From Rickettsiales bacterium (GTDB lineage Bacteria; Pseudomonadota; Alphaproteobacteria; Rickettsiales; JABIRX01), in the NCBI GenBank assembly GCA_038120515.1, contig JAYOLW010000008.1, forward strand, positions 15,908-66,858: DNA of 50,951 nt. The letters are read 5' to 3'. Below the pieces are notes generated by a model that worked only from the letters and a program-made list of their open reading frames with translations, did no database searches and was not told the DNA's origin. Below, piece after piece: positions 10,173 through 21,591 of the stretch (its first letter is position 1; every line of letters starts with the position of its first letter). Made by a program: the position numbers and the translations under genes.

Positions 10173-11999
10173 TTATAATGTTGTTTTACGACCAGATGAA
10201 TAGTTGGAACTTGAATCATTCTCACCTTTTTTAAAAGTTTTTGCAGTTAAAAGCTCTTTAATCTCATCTCCGGTTAAAGTTTCATATTGAAGTAACGCTT
10301 CAGCTAACTTATGCAAGTCTTTTGAATGTTTTTTAAGCAAGTCTTTAGCTTTCTTATAACCAGCCTCGACTATTTTTTTAACTTCTTCATCAATCAAATT
10401 TGCTTTATCCATCGAGATATATTCTTCATTCGAAGCCTCATGTAAAACTGGACCAATTGCATCACACATACCCCATTTTGTTACCATGGCTTTGGCAATC
10501 TTAGTAGCATGCTCGATATCAGAAGAAGCACCTGAAGTAACTTTATCATATCCAAAAATCATCTCCTCAGCAACCCTACCTCCCATAGCGACAGCAATAT
10601 CTGCATGAAGCTTTTCTCTAGTTGTTGAATAACGATCATCTTTAGGAAGACGCATAACCATTCCTAAAGCCCTACCCCTTGGAATAATTGTGGCTTTATG
10701 AATAGGATCAGATGCCGGAGAATAAAATGTAACAATCGCATGACCTGATTCATGAAAAGCAGTAAGTTTTTTTTCCTCCTCTTTCATTATCATTGACTTA
10801 CGTTCAGGACCCATCATAACTTTATCTTTTGCATATTCAAAATCTAGCATTGTAACTAATTTTTTATTAAATCTAGCTGCATGTAAAGCAGCTTCATTAA
10901 TAATATTTGCAAGATCAGCACCAACAAATCCAGGCGTACCTTTTGCAATTACTTTCAAATCTACGTCTTTAGCCATCGGAACTTTCTCAGCATGAACTTT
11001 TAAGATTTTTTCACGACCTAAGATATCTGGACTAGGAACAGTGATTTGCCTATCAAATCGACCAGGTCTAAGCAAAGCCTTATCCAATACATCAGGACGA
11101 TTAGTTGCAGCAACAACAATGATATTTTCATGCTCTTGAAAACCATCCATTTCAACAAGAAGCTGATTCAAAGTCTGCTCTCTTTCGTCATTTCCACCAC
11201 CAACTCCAGCACCTCTATGACGACCTACTGCATCGATCTCATCAATAAAGACAATACAGGGTGAGTTTTTCTTAGCTTGATCAAACAAATCTCTAACTCT
11301 TGAGGCACCAACACCGACAAACATTTCCACAAAATCAGAACCAGAAATGCTAAAAAAAGGAACCTTTGATTCACCAGCAATAGCTTTAGCAAGTAAAGTC
11401 TTACCCGTTCCAGGATTACCAATCAATAAACAACCTTTTGGAATTTTACCACCAAGCTTATTAAACTTTATTGGATTACGCAAAAAATCAACAATTTCAG
11501 ATAATTCCTCCCTTGCCTCATCTATACCGGCAACATCCTTAAATCGTATTTTTACATCCTTATCCATAAGCATTTTAGCTTTAGATTTAGCAAAACTTAA
11601 TGGATTACCGGAACCTTTGCCAACTTTTCTAAGTAAATATACCCAGACAATTACAATAACAATTAAAGGCAGCCAAGATATTAAAGCTGACATCAACGAG
11701 TTTTTAACTGAAGATTCACGACTAACTTTAATAGCAACATCAGCATTTTTTAGATCTTTAATAAGATCAGGATAATAAGGTAAATTTGTATAAAATTCTT
11801 GACCAGTTTTTAATGTACCAAACAAAGTATCATTATCTATAACAACAGACAAAACATTGCCAGCGTCAACCTGATCTAATAAAGATGAAAACTCTAACTC
11901 ATTTTTATTGTTAGTATTTGTTGACAAGCTATTTACAAGCAAAAACATTAAGGTAAAAATTATCACCCAAGTAAGAAAGTTTTTATTATTTTTGTTCAT
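10173..11999 (-). CDS. ftsH: ATP-dependent zinc metalloprotease FtsH
   Basis: Two TM segments, Walker [27 protein letters not shown] and HESGH zinc motif. Confidence 0.98.
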   Translation of the reverse strand: MNKNNKNFLTWVIIFTLMFLLVNSLSTNTNNKNELEFSSLLDQVDAGNVLSVVIDNDTLFGTLKTGQEFYTNLPYYPDLIKDLKNADVAIKVSRESSVKNSLMSALISWLPLIVIVIVWVYLLRKVGKGSGNPLSFAKSKAKMLMDKDVKIRFKDVAGIDEAREELSEIVDFLRNPIKFNKLGGKIPKGCLLIGNPGTGKTLLAKAIAGESKVPFFSISGSDFVEMFVGVGASRVRDLFDQAKKNSPCIVFIDEIDAVGRHRGAGVGGGNDEREQTLNQLLVEMDGFQEHENIIVVAATNRPDVLDKALLRPGRFDRQITVPSPDILGREKILKVHAEKVPMAKDVDLKVIAKGTPGFVGADLANIINEAALHAARFNKKLVTMLDFEYAKDKVMMGPERKSMIMKEEEKKLTAFHESGHAIVTFYSPASDPIHKATIIPRGRALGMVMRLPKDDRYSTTREKLHADIAVAMGGRVAEEMIFGYDKVTSGASSDIEHATKIAKAMVTKWGMCDAIGPVLHEASNEEYISMDKANLIDEEVKKIVEAGYKKAKDLLKKHSKDLHKLAEALLQYETLTGDEIKELLTAKTFKKGENDSSSNYSSGRKTTL

Positions 12000-12066
12000 T
12001 AAATAATTTAAATTTTATTGAAGGATTTTAGCTAGGTTAAATATAGTTACAATCACAAATTAATTT

Positions 12067-12942
12067 TTAGTCAAACTTATTGCCCAAAATGTAAATAATT
12101 GCTGAATAATCCGAATGCACAATATTAAATCTAACCTTTTTTTGAATAATAGGCTTTGCCTTAAAACCAATTGAAAAAGGCACCATATTTAAAAACGGAA
12201 TATCATTAGCACCGTCACCAATTGCTATAACCTCGTCCTTTTTAACACCCATTTTTTGCATTAATAATGCTAAGACTTCAGCTTTACTCTCAGATGAAAA
12301 TACCGGTTTTTTGATATGTCCGGTTAATTTATTATGAGTAAAGATTAATTCATTAGCATAAAATTCATCAAAACTAATATCTTCAGCCAATCTATTACAA
12401 AAATAAGTAAATCCTCCAGATACAATAACTAAATGAACAGATTGACTTTTTAAAAACTTAGCAGTTTCAACAACACCTTCACTTACTTTAATATCTCGAT
12501 TGTAAATAAGCTCTAAATCTTCTTTTGAAACTCCTTCAAGCAATCTTACTCTTTGCTCAAGCGAACCTTCAAAAAGCATATTTCCATTCATAGCCTGCTC
12601 TGTGATTTTTGAAATTTCCTCATATTTACCAATATGCCTAGCAATTTCATCAATACATTCATTTTGAATTAAGGTTGCATCCATATCGGAAAGCAAAAGT
12701 TTTTTCTTAGCTCTATATTGTTCATTTAGAAAAAAACAATCAATAGGATAATCTTTAAGAAAATTTAATAATAAGCTTTCTTTATCTTTTGTAAGCTCAA
12801 CATTTCTAAAATCATAGGCTTTAGAAGCTTTCAAAACATGCAAAGACTGCTCAGTTAAATTTAAAATTTTTAAAATTTTTTCAATTATAGAAATTTCAAT
12901 TTTGAAATTATTAGGGGCGACTATAGTTATTATATTATTCAT
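12067..12942 (-). CDS. serB: Phosphoserine phosphatase (HAD family)
   Basis: [27 protein letters not shown] and AIGDGAND. Confidence 0.95.
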   Translation of the reverse strand: MNNIITIVAPNNFKIEISIIEKILKILNLTEQSLHVLKASKAYDFRNVELTKDKESLLLNFLKDYPIDCFFLNEQYRAKKKLLLSDMDATLIQNECIDEIARHIGKYEEISKITEQAMNGNMLFEGSLEQRVRLLEGVSKEDLELIYNRDIKVSEGVVETAKFLKSQSVHLVIVSGGFTYFCNRLAEDISFDEFYANELIFTHNKLTGHIKKPVFSSESKAEVLALLMQKMGVKKDEVIAIGDGANDIPFLNMVPFSIGFKAKPIIQKKVRFNIVHSDYSAIIYILGNKFD

Positions 12943-13014
12943 ATTTGCTTAATTAATATTAGACAATTTAGATCAATTTTGCTAAATCACTATCAGAAAC
13001 ATTTAAAGAAAAAA

Positions 13015-13671
13015 ATGAAATTTTTTATCGACACTGCAAATATTGAAGAAATACAAGAACTTAATCAATATGGAATCCTTGATGGAGTTACCACAAACCC
13101 TTCACTTATTGCCAAATCTGGTAGAGATTTTATTGAAGTAATTACTGAAATTTGTGCTATAGTTAATGGTCCAGTAAGTGCAGAAGTTGTTGCAACTGAT
13201 TATCAAGGCATGTTAACTGAAGCTGGAAAACTAGCTAATATAGCTGATAATGTCGTTATTAAACTGCCAATGACTTTAGAAGGTCTTAAGACTTGTAACG
13301 AACTATCAAGAAACAACATTCAAACCAATGTAACTTTATGTTTTTCTGCTGCTCAAGCATTGCTTGCTGCTAAAGCTGGCGCAACTTTTGTCTCTCCTTT
13401 TATTGGTAGACTTGACGATATTAGCTATAATGGTCTAAATTTAATTTCTGAAATAAGAATGGTTTTTGACAACTATCCTAACCTATCAACGGAAATATTA
13501 GCTGCTTCAATTAGAAATCCCGTTCATTTATTAGAATCCGCAAAACTTGGTGCTGATGTTGCAACCATTCCTGCAAAAGTTATTCATCAATTAATCAAAC
13601 ACCCTTTGACCGATTCTGGACTTGCTATTTTTCAGTCTGATTGGGATAAGACTGGTCAAAAAATAGCTTAA
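13015..13671 (+). CDS. tal: Transaldolase / fructose-6-phosphate aldolase family (TalC type)
   Basis: [21 protein letters not shown] Schiff-base lysine, NVTLCFS and SPFIGRLDD. Start moved to ATG 13015. Confidence 0.93.
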   Translation: MKFFIDTANIEEIQELNQYGILDGVTTNPSLIAKSGRDFIEVITEICAIVNGPVSAEVVATDYQGMLTEAGKLANIADNVVIKLPMTLEGLKTCNELSRNNIQTNVTLCFSAAQALLAAKAGATFVSPFIGRLDDISYNGLNLISEIRMVFDNYPNLSTEILAASIRNPVHLLESAKLGADVATIPAKVIHQLIKHPLTDSGLAIFQSDWDKTGQKIA

Positions 13672-13674
13672 AAA

Positions 13675-14574
13675 TTGCAAATCTTTCAAGAATTTTTACA
13701 GCAAATATCAATTAAAGGTTTTTCAAAAAAAACTCAAATTGCTTATGCTGGAGATTTAAAATTATTTGAAACCTTTATTAAGAAATATATCAATAGCAAG
13801 ATTGATATAAAAACTTTAACAAATCTAGATATCAAAGACTTTAGAAGTTTCTTTAGCTATTTATTTGAAAAACAAGAACTCTCACCAACATCAAGGTCTA
13901 GGGTTCTTTCAACCCTTAGAAGCTTTTATAAACATCTAAAAAAAAGGAAATATATTGAAGATTCAGCCATATTTTCAATCTCTTTTCCAAAAACCGATAA
14001 ATTATGTCCAAGAGCTTTAAGTGTTCATAACATTTCAAGAATCATTGATGCCTTAGATGAAAATACAGATAATTGGGTTGGTATTAGAAACAAAACCTTA
14101 TTTCTATTAAATTATGCTTCAGGCATGAGGATTAGTGAATTATTAAGCCTAACAGATAATATGATATTTGAAGATTTTATAAAAGTCGTTGGCAAAGGCA
14201 ACAAAGAGAGAATTATTCCATTAATTCCTGAAGCTAAAACAGCAATTAACGAATATTTGAAAGCTCAACCATTTAAACTTAATAAAGATGATGAAATTTT
14301 TAGGGGTGAGAAAGGCGGTAAGTTAAACCCAAGAATTTTTCAGAGAGTTATTGAAGATCTTAGATACAAACTGAACCTAGATGATAACTTTACTCCTCAC
14401 AGCCTCAGGCATAGTTTTGCGACTCATTTAATTGAAAATGAGGCAAATTTAAGACAAGTTCAAGAACTACTTGGTCACACATCTATTAGCTCAACTGAGA
14501 AATACCTTAAAATAACAAACAAACACTTAGTTGAACAATTTCAAAAATATCAAACATTCAAAAAAGAGTCTTGA
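13675..14574 (+). CDS. xerC: Tyrosine recombinase XerC-like
   Basis: YASGMRISE, GKGNKER, HSLRHSFATH and LLGH...Y catalytic set; SAM-like N-domain; housekeeping context. XerC versus XerD is inferred from context and the LGHTSISS motif. Confidence 0.78.
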   Translation: MQIFQEFLQQISIKGFSKKTQIAYAGDLKLFETFIKKYINSKIDIKTLTNLDIKDFRSFFSYLFEKQELSPTSRSRVLSTLRSFYKHLKKRKYIEDSAIFSISFPKTDKLCPRALSVHNISRIIDALDENTDNWVGIRNKTLFLLNYASGMRISELLSLTDNMIFEDFIKVVGKGNKERIIPLIPEAKTAINEYLKAQPFKLNKDDEIFRGEKGGKLNPRIFQRVIEDLRYKLNLDDNFTPHSLRHSFATHLIENEANLRQVQELLGHTSISSTEKYLKITNKHLVEQFQKYQTFKKES

Positions 14575-14600
14575 AAAGTAAAAGTTTTTAGCTTTATTTA
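14570..14600 (+). promoter_or_regulatory. Candidate RpoH (sigma32)-type promoter for hflK-hflC-degP
   Basis: CTTGAA (14570-14575), 16-nt spacer, CTTTATTTA (14592-14600). Resembles CTTGAA-N15/16-CCCCATnTA and lies upstream of protein quality-control genes. Confidence 0.35.
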
Positions 14601-14639
14601 CCTGATAAAATTCTAAAATTCTAAAATCTAGATATAATT

Positions 14640-15722
14640 ATGTTGAAATCAATTGTAAGTTTTTCAGATAATCCATGGGGCGGTAATGGATCATCAAATC
14701 AAAACAATAATTCTAAAAAAACTCAGCAGCAAAATGTTTTGGAATTTGAAAAATTACTTAATAAATATAAAAAAAATTTTTCTGGCGGCAAAGATGATAA
14801 TTCAAAAAAATCAATTTTTAGCATCATCTTAATTGTAATTGCCTTATATTTTTCTACAGGATTTTATACTGTTCAACCTGAAGAAGAAGGTGTGGTATTA
14901 CTTTTCGGAAAATTTAACAGAGTAACTGACCCAGGTCTGCATTACCACCTTCCTAGTCCAATCGAGCAATTAATTAAGGTTAAAGTAACACAAATTAATT
15001 CTGTTGAAATTGGTTACAGAAATCTTGGTGGTGATAGAACTTCTTCAAGAATCGAAGAAAGTAGCATGCTTACTGGTGATGAAAATATTGTAGATATTAA
15101 CTTTGAAGTTCAGTGGCGAATAAAAGATGCATATAATTATTTATTTAAAGTTAGAGATAACTCACCAGGTGCCACTGTAAAAAGTGCTGCTGAATCAGCA
15201 ATGAGAGAAGTAATAGGAAAATCTAAAATTGCCTATGTGCTTTCAGATGGAAGAGCAGAAATTGAACTTGAGGCAAAAAAATTACTGCAAGAAATTTTAG
15301 ATTCATACCAATCTGGTATTGAAGTTGCAAGATTACAGCTTTTAAAAGCTGACCCTCCATCAGAGGTAATTGATGCTTTTAGAGATGTTCAAACTGCAAA
15401 AGCAGATAAAGAAAAAGCTATCAATCAGGCTGAAGCATATAGAAACGACATCTTGCCAAGAGCTAGAGGAGAAGCACAGCAAATTATTGAAGAAGCATTA
15501 GCATATAAAGAAAGTGTAGTTGCAGACGCCACTGGTAAAGCCAATAGATTCGATGAAGTATATCAAGAATATTCAAAAGCTAAAGTTGTAACACAAAAAA
15601 GAATTTTCCTACAAACAATGGAAGAAATCCTTGAATCCGCAAATGTAACAATTCTAGATAACTCAATTTCTGAGACTGGAATGGTTCCTTATCTTCCTCT
15701 TAAAAACAATACACAAAAATAG
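14640..15722 (+). CDS. hflK: FtsH modulator HflK
   Basis: NPWGG N-terminus, TM, SPFH domain MLTGDENIV, PPSEVIDAFRDVQ and PRARGEA. Confidence 0.96.
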   Translation: MLKSIVSFSDNPWGGNGSSNQNNNSKKTQQQNVLEFEKLLNKYKKNFSGGKDDNSKKSIFSIILIVIALYFSTGFYTVQPEEEGVVLLFGKFNRVTDPGLHYHLPSPIEQLIKVKVTQINSVEIGYRNLGGDRTSSRIEESSMLTGDENIVDINFEVQWRIKDAYNYLFKVRDNSPGATVKSAAESAMREVIGKSKIAYVLSDGRAEIELEAKKLLQEILDSYQSGIEVARLQLLKADPPSEVIDAFRDVQTAKADKEKAINQAEAYRNDILPRARGEAQQIIEEALAYKESVVADATGKANRFDEVYQEYSKAKVVTQKRIFLQTMEEILESANVTILDNSISETGMVPYLPLKNNTQK

Positions 15723-15732
15723 TAGGTATAAA

Positions 15733-16596
15733 ATGAAAAAATCAGTCTTAATCATTTTTTTAGTTTTAGTTGGTATCACAATAAGCCAATCACTTTATAT
15801 TCTTGATCAAACTAGACAAAGTGTTGTTTTACGATTTGGTGAAGCTGTTAACTTTGAAAATACTCCTGGATTAAAATATAAATTCCCATTCATTGATAAT
15901 GTAATTTATTTTGACACTAGATTACTTGATCTTAATGCAGACCCAAAGGAAGTAATATCTTCGGATCAAAAAAGATTAATAGTTGATGCTTTTGCCAAAT
16001 ATAAGATCGTTGATCCGTTAAAATTTGTGCAAACTGTTCGAAATGAAAGAATGGCAAGAAGCAAACTTAATTCAATTTTAGAATCAAGCATTAGACAAAT
16101 CCTTGGTGCCGAAGAATTAAAAGTTGTATTACTTGAGGGAAAAAGAAGTGATGTAATGGCAAAGATCCAATCAAATGTAAACACTGAAGCTTTGTCATTT
16201 GGTATTGAAGTTGTTGATGTAAGAATAATGCGTGCAGATTTACCAGCAAAAAATAGTCAGGCAATATTTTACAGAATGCAAAGTGAGCGAGAAAAAGAAG
16301 CTAGAGAATTTAGAGCCGAAGGTTCAGAAGAAGCGCAAAAAATTACTGCAAAAGCTGAAAGAGATAAATTAATCATTGTCGCTAATGCCAAAAGAGATGC
16401 TGATATAATCAAAGGTCAAGCTGATGCAAAAGCAACACAAATTTTTGCTAAAGCTTATGGAAAAGATATTAATTTTTATGAATTTTATAAATCTATGGAA
16501 TCTTACAAAAATTCTATAGCAAATAATAAGACTGATTTATATCTTTCACCTGACAATCAATTTTTTAAATATTTTGGTAATTTAAATAGTAAATAA
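15733..16596 (+). CDS. hflC: FtsH modulator HflC
   Basis: DQKRLIVDAF, GIEVVDVRI, RMQSERE and FYEFYKSMESY; follows hflK. Confidence 0.96.
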   Translation: MKKSVLIIFLVLVGITISQSLYILDQTRQSVVLRFGEAVNFENTPGLKYKFPFIDNVIYFDTRLLDLNADPKEVISSDQKRLIVDAFAKYKIVDPLKFVQTVRNERMARSKLNSILESSIRQILGAEELKVVLLEGKRSDVMAKIQSNVNTEALSFGIEVVDVRIMRADLPAKNSQAIFYRMQSEREKEAREFRAEGSEEAQKITAKAERDKLIIVANAKRDADIIKGQADAKATQIFAKAYGKDINFYEFYKSMESYKNSIANNKTDLYLSPDNQFFKYFGNLNSK

Positions 16597-18035
16597 TGGT
16601 TCAACTAATTAATAAGATTCTTTTCGCTATTATTGTAATTTCAATTAATAATAATGCTTTTGCATTTCAGCAAAAAGATTTATCCTTTGCAGATACAGTT
16701 GAAAAACTATCACCTTCTGTTGTAAATATTTCCACAGCACAAATACTTCCTGAACAATTATTGCAAGATCTTTTAGAACAAATACCTAAAGAATCACCTT
16801 TTTACAAGGTCTTCCAAGATTTGTTAGCAAAACAAGATAAAAAGAAAAAAACACAAAATAATACATTAGGTTCTGGTTTTATAATTTCAGAAGATGGATA
16901 TATTGTTACTAATAACCATGTTATTGGTGAAGCAAAATCAATTGAAGTAACATTTTCAGATGGCAAATCAGAAGAAGCAAGAATTATTGGCCGAGACAAA
17001 AAAACTGACTTAGCCTTAATAAAAGTTGATATTGATCAAAAATTACAACCTGTAAAATTTGCCGATTCTGATAAAGCTCGTCCTGGTGATTGGGTAATCG
17101 CCATTGGAAATCCATTTGGTTTAGGTGGCAGTGTTACAGCTGGAATAATATCAGCTCGAGGTAGAGAAATTTCAACCTCTGGAATTGTTGAATATATTCA
17201 AACAGATACAGCTATTAATCGTGGTAATTCTGGTGGACCTATGTTTAATCAAAAAGGCAGAGTTATTGGTATTAATACGGCAATTTTCTCAACAGATGGA
17301 GCCAATATTGGTATTGGTTTTGCTATACCTTCTAATTTAGCTCAATCTGTTATTAAACAATTAAAAGAAACTGGCAGCGTTACCAGAGGTTGGCTGGGAG
17401 TTCATGTTCAAGACATAAGTGATGAAATGGCTAAAGCTCTTGATTTAAAAAATACAGATGGTGCATATGTCATCAAAATTGTTCCTAACAGTCCAGCTGA
17501 GAAATCTGGCTTAAAAATTGATGATATTATAATCAAATTTGATAATAACAATATTAAGAAAACAAGCCAATTACCTAGAATTGTTAGTAACACATCAATA
17601 GACAAAAATGTATCATTACAAATATTACGAAAAATTGATAATAAACTTCAGCAAAAAGATTTAGATGTATTAATTATTGAGCATCAAACACAAAATAATT
17701 CTGATAGCAAGCCAACAATAGATAAAACAAATACAATATTTGGCATGCAATTAATTGAACTAGCTAAAATTAGAGATTATTTCGATTATCCTTCTGATAC
17801 TAACGGATTAATTATTCTTGATATTGATAGAAATGAACAGAATTCTGCATTTGAAGTTGGTGACTTAATTACTAAAATTAACCAAAACAACATTGAAAAT
17901 ATTGATAATTTAAAACAAATAATTACAGATTCAGAAAATGATAATAAAGATTACTTATTATTTAGCGCTAAGAGGAAAAATGAAAATTTTATCACTACAA
18001 TAAATATTAGTGAAGCTTTAGATCTTAAAAACTAA
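16596..18035 (+). CDS. degP: DegP/HtrA (Do family) serine protease with PDZ domains
   Basis: Signal peptide, GSGFII, TNNHV, DLAL, INRGNSGGP and RGWLGV PDZ entry. Confidence 0.93.
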   Translation: MVQLINKILFAIIVISINNNAFAFQQKDLSFADTVEKLSPSVVNISTAQILPEQLLQDLLEQIPKESPFYKVFQDLLAKQDKKKKTQNNTLGSGFIISEDGYIVTNNHVIGEAKSIEVTFSDGKSEEARIIGRDKKTDLALIKVDIDQKLQPVKFADSDKARPGDWVIAIGNPFGLGGSVTAGIISARGREISTSGIVEYIQTDTAINRGNSGGPMFNQKGRVIGINTAIFSTDGANIGIGFAIPSNLAQSVIKQLKETGSVTRGWLGVHVQDISDEMAKALDLKNTDGAYVIKIVPNSPAEKSGLKIDDIIIKFDNNNIKKTSQLPRIVSNTSIDKNVSLQILRKIDNKLQQKDLDVLIIEHQTQNNSDSKPTIDKTNTIFGMQLIELAKIRDYFDYPSDTNGLIILDIDRNEQNSAFEVGDLITKINQNNIENIDNLKQIITDSENDNKDYLLFSAKRKNENFITTINISEALDLKN

Positions 18036-20470
18036 AAAGCTCTAGTGAATTCTAAAAAGAGTAATTGATCTTGCTGATCTTTAGCATGATTAAAATTATC
18101 TATAAATGAATATCTTAAAGAAATATCATTTTTGTTAATTGTTTTATCATAACTTAAACTGTAATTAACTTGCCTATGTTCTTCACTTAGATCAATTGTA
18201 TCTTTTGCTCTTATTACAGATGAATCATCACGACCAATAGCTACATCAATATCAACAGCTCCGCTAATATAAGCTGGTGGATAATATAATGAAAATGTGA
18301 CATCATCATTTAAAAATTTACTTCTAACACCTAATGCCATTGAGTTTTGTGCAAGATTACGAAAATTTCTCAGAATACCTAAATTATTATTACTTTCATT
18401 GCTTTGTAAGTGCCTATATTCAAAAAATAATTTTGTCTTATCATTTACTGATTTCATATAATCAAAACCCAATACATGATTTAAATTTTTATCACCAAAA
18501 CTAAAAGCCTCTGTTCCAGACATACCTAGAATATTTTCATTAGAAGCAACTAAACTATAAATAATATTTATATTGGATTTCAAAACTTTTAAATTAATTA
18601 AATTATGTATCTCAAAAATATTATTAGTATCAGAGAAAAAGCCCAATTTATAATTAAGCTTTTTATTAATATTTTTTGCTACCTGAATACCAAACCTATC
18701 CTCTTGATTAAAATCAAAAATTTCATTGGTTAGATTAAGTGAGTTTTCGTCATAATTATGATTTTGAAATGAACTACTATAATTAAATGCTAATGAAAAA
18801 TTTCCATAATTGGAATTATAAGATAAATTTGATAATTGGAATTCATCAGAATTATTTTGATCATATACAAAATCTTGCTCAGATAAATCCGTTAAATTTA
18901 CAAACCCAAAAGACAAACCATTAAAATTAACAGCTTTATATATATCTTTATAATTGAAATTTACAGTTTGAGCAGAATTTGATTCAACAACCAACTTGTC
19001 AGCTAAATTTGCGTTATAATCTCTTTGATAAGTATCAAAGAATACAGCTTTGTTAAATATCTCTGAACTTATCAATTTACTTGCAACCGACTTTGAAACA
19101 TTTAAGTTTGAAGCCTCAAGATCATAATAAATACCACCAAAAGAAGTAGTAGCGACATCAGCAGAGCCATTTGCTGAAACTGCAGATAAAAGATTTAAAG
19201 CACCCCATCCAGTTACATTGTTATAGGTATAGGTACCAGTACTACCCGAAATCGAAGTTTCTGAACATGAAGCTAATGAAATTAGCTCAAGGTCGGAACA
19301 AGATAAATAATCTGAAGTTTCCAGAAGAATTTGTACCACATCTGCTCCTGACAAATTAGGCCAAGCAGATTGCAAAACTGCTGCAGCACCAGCTATTGTC
19401 GGTGATGCCATAGATGTTCCAGCATAATAATCATAATTTGAAATATTAGCGCTTGCTGAAGATGAATTTGTTACAACACTTGAATAAATATCATAATCAA
19501 TACCAGTACCATCACTATACGAAACACCATCACCTCCTGGTGCAGCCATACAATATCTTGCAGTATCACCACAATAGTTTGAATAATAAGCAATTGTACT
19601 ATCAATATTTCCACTTAAAGATTGATATGAAGTGAAAGTAACCTCATCTGAAGCACTAATTGTCGCATTTAACTTATATGATGAAGTATTCAATGATGTT
19701 GCCACTATCATTTGCCCTGCAACATCTGAATCAATAGCAGTTCTTGCTGGGTATAAAGGGTTATCTGCATCATCATCCCAAATATCATAAACATCTAATC
19801 TATCATTTCCTGCTGCAGCAACAAATACAGCCTTATCTCCAATTGTAGGATCATCCAAAACATTCTTTATTTGGGTTAAATGCGTTGAATCTGGATAGAA
19901 ACCACCATAACTCATATTAATAACCGTTGAACCACTGCTAATTATTTGCGATGATAACTGATAAGTATATAATCCACCTGATCCACTCAATGGATAATAT
20001 GGCATACCTACAATACTAGCGTTAAAAGCAACTCCATGCATTGAATTTGAATCATCCGTTTTAGCAGCAGCTGCAATTCCAGCAACATGAGTTCCATGAT
20101 TTTGATCATCTGATACAGAAGATAAAGAAGTGCTGTCACCACTATAATTATCTGTTATAGCTTCATGACTTCCCCAGGTACCGCTATCAATAATTGCAAT
20201 ATTTATTCCATCACCTGCAACATTTTTAGAATTTTGATAGAGATAAAAATAAGCCTCCGCTGCACTAATCTGATTAAGACCTCGTTGATTATAATATTCT
20301 GTTGTTTGATAACTTGAAACTGAACCACCGCTAGAGCTCGATGAACCAGAGGAGCCTGAAGAAGAGCTAGAAGAACTAGAGGCTGTTGTTGCACTTTCAC
20401 CACTACCACCAAAACATGAAGATAAAAGTGAAATAATACATAACAATATTAAATTTCTTATTGTAAGCAT
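18032..20470 (-). CDS. Lipoprotein S8 (subtilisin-like) serine protease with probable C-terminal beta-barrel
   Basis: Lipobox LLSSC, Ser/Gly linker, catalytic triad IIDSG / HGTHVAG / GTSMASP, oxyanion AAGN. The C-terminal ~350 aa have amphipathic strands and end LEFTRAF. Confidence 0.88.
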   Translation of the reverse strand: MLTIRNLILLCIISLLSSCFGGSGESATTASSSSSSSSGSSGSSSSSGGSVSSYQTTEYYNQRGLNQISAAEAYFYLYQNSKNVAGDGINIAIIDSGTWGSHEAITDNYSGDSTSLSSVSDDQNHGTHVAGIAAAAKTDDSNSMHGVAFNASIVGMPYYPLSGSGGLYTYQLSSQIISSGSTVINMSYGGFYPDSTHLTQIKNVLDDPTIGDKAVFVAAAGNDRLDVYDIWDDDADNPLYPARTAIDSDVAGQMIVATSLNTSSYKLNATISASDEVTFTSYQSLSGNIDSTIAYYSNYCGDTARYCMAAPGGDGVSYSDGTGIDYDIYSSVVTNSSSASANISNYDYYAGTSMASPTIAGAAAVLQSAWPNLSGADVVQILLETSDYLSCSDLELISLASCSETSISGSTGTYTYNNVTGWGALNLLSAVSANGSADVATTSFGGIYYDLEASNLNVSKSVASKLISSEIFNKAVFFDTYQRDYNANLADKLVVESNSAQTVNFNYKDIYKAVNFNGLSFGFVNLTDLSEQDFVYDQNNSDEFQLSNLSYNSNYGNFSLAFNYSSSFQNHNYDENSLNLTNEIFDFNQEDRFGIQVAKNINKKLNYKLGFFSDTNNIFEIHNLINLKVLKSNINIIYSLVASNENILGMSGTEAFSFGDKNLNHVLGFDYMKSVNDKTKLFFEYRHLQSNESNNNLGILRNFRNLAQNSMALGVRSKFLNDDVTFSLYYPPAYISGAVDIDVAIGRDDSSVIRAKDTIDLSEEHRQVNYSLSYDKTINKNDISLRYSFIDNFNHAKDQQDQLLFLEFTRAF

Positions 20471-20524
20471 AAATTATAATGATATTTTGCTGCTCTATCT
20501 GTTAATTTTTATTGTAATACACTT

Positions 20525-21544
20525 ATGGAAAAAAATAAAGCCTTAGAAACAGCCCTCGCACAAATTGAAAGATCATATGGAAAAGGATCAGTTATGAAAC
20601 TTGGTCAAAAAGAAGCATTAGATATTGAAGCTATATCAACAGGATCAATCTCAATTGATTGGGCTCTTGGTATTGGTGGCTTTCCAAAAGGAAGAATAAT
20701 AGAAATTTATGGTCCTGAATCATCAGGCAAAACAACTCTTGCTTTATCTGCAATTGCACAGGCTCAGAAAAATGGTGGCACATGTGCATTTATTGATGCA
20801 GAACATGCACTAGATCCTATTTATGCTGAAAAATTAGGTATTAATTTAGATGAATTATTAATTTCACAGCCTGACACAGGTGAGCAATCTCTTGAAATCA
20901 CTGATACTTTGGTAAAATCTGGTGGTGTAGACTTAGTTATCGTTGACTCTGTAGCAGCATTAGTTCCAAAAGCTGAACTTGATGGTGAAATGGGAGATAC
21001 CCATGTTGGTCTTCAAGCAAGATTAATGTCACAAGCGCTTAGAAAACTTACAGGAACCGTAGCTAAAACAAACTGTACAGTAATTTTCATTAATCAAATT
21101 AGAATGAAAATTGGTGTCATGTTTGGTTCACCTGAAACAACAACTGGCGGTAATGCATTAAAATTTTACGCATCTGTTAGAGTTGATATTAGAAGAACGG
21201 GGTCACTTAAAAACAAAGAAGAGGTAATTGGAAATCAAACTAAAGTTAAAGTTGTAAAAAATAAAGTTGCCCCTCCATTTAGAGTGGTAGATGTAGATAT
21301 CATGTATGGTCAAGGAATTTCAAAATTTGGCGAGATAATCGATCTTGGAGTCAGAGAAGAAATAGTCGAAAAAGCTGGTGCCTGGTACTCTTACGAGGGC
21401 GAGAAAATTGGACAAGGTAAAGAAAATGCAAAAATCTTCCTTGAAGAAAATCCAGAAATAGCTGAGAAAATTGAGAAACAAATTAGAGAAAAATTAGGGC
21501 TTCCAGTGACAGGAAAAACAAATACATCAGCTAAAGCTGCGTAA
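20525..21544 (+). CDS. recA: Recombinase RecA
   Basis: [29 protein letters not shown] and [12 protein letters not shown]. Confidence 0.99.
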   Translation: MEKNKALETALAQIERSYGKGSVMKLGQKEALDIEAISTGSISIDWALGIGGFPKGRIIEIYGPESSGKTTLALSAIAQAQKNGGTCAFIDAEHALDPIYAEKLGINLDELLISQPDTGEQSLEITDTLVKSGGVDLVIVDSVAALVPKAELDGEMGDTHVGLQARLMSQALRKLTGTVAKTNCTVIFINQIRMKIGVMFGSPETTTGGNALKFYASVRVDIRRTGSLKNKEEVIGNQTKVKVVKNKVAPPFRVVDVDIMYGQGISKFGEIIDLGVREEIVEKAGAWYSYEGEKIGQGKENAKIFLEENPEIAEKIEKQIREKLGLPVTGKTNTSAKAA

Positions 21545-21558
21545 ATAAAGAGAGGGCG

Positions 21559-21591
21559 GTAGGTGCCCTTACATTCATTCAGGGCACCTAC
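21559..21591. other. Perfect 11-bp GC-rich hairpin (terminator-like structure or core of a small RNA)
   Basis: GTAGGTGCCCT (21559-21569) pairs with AGGGCACCTAC (21581-21591) around an 11-nt loop, 14 nt after the recA stop. No U-tract immediately follows on the + strand. Confidence 0.7.

Noticed and set aside
13675-14574. Tyrosine recombinase as a phage or ICE integrase
   Set aside because: About 300 aa with Xer-type motifs, no arm-binding domain, housekeeping flanks, no att repeats or cargo.
20471-20524. LexA (SOS) box upstream of recA
   Set aside because: No GTTC-N7-GTTC or GAAC-N7-GAAC alphaproteobacterial box is present in the 54-nt spacer.
20507-20533. dif-like TTATTGTAA-tacac-TTATGGAAAAA at the recA start
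   Set aside because: The spacer is 5 nt rather than 6, and the match is explained by the recA start codons.
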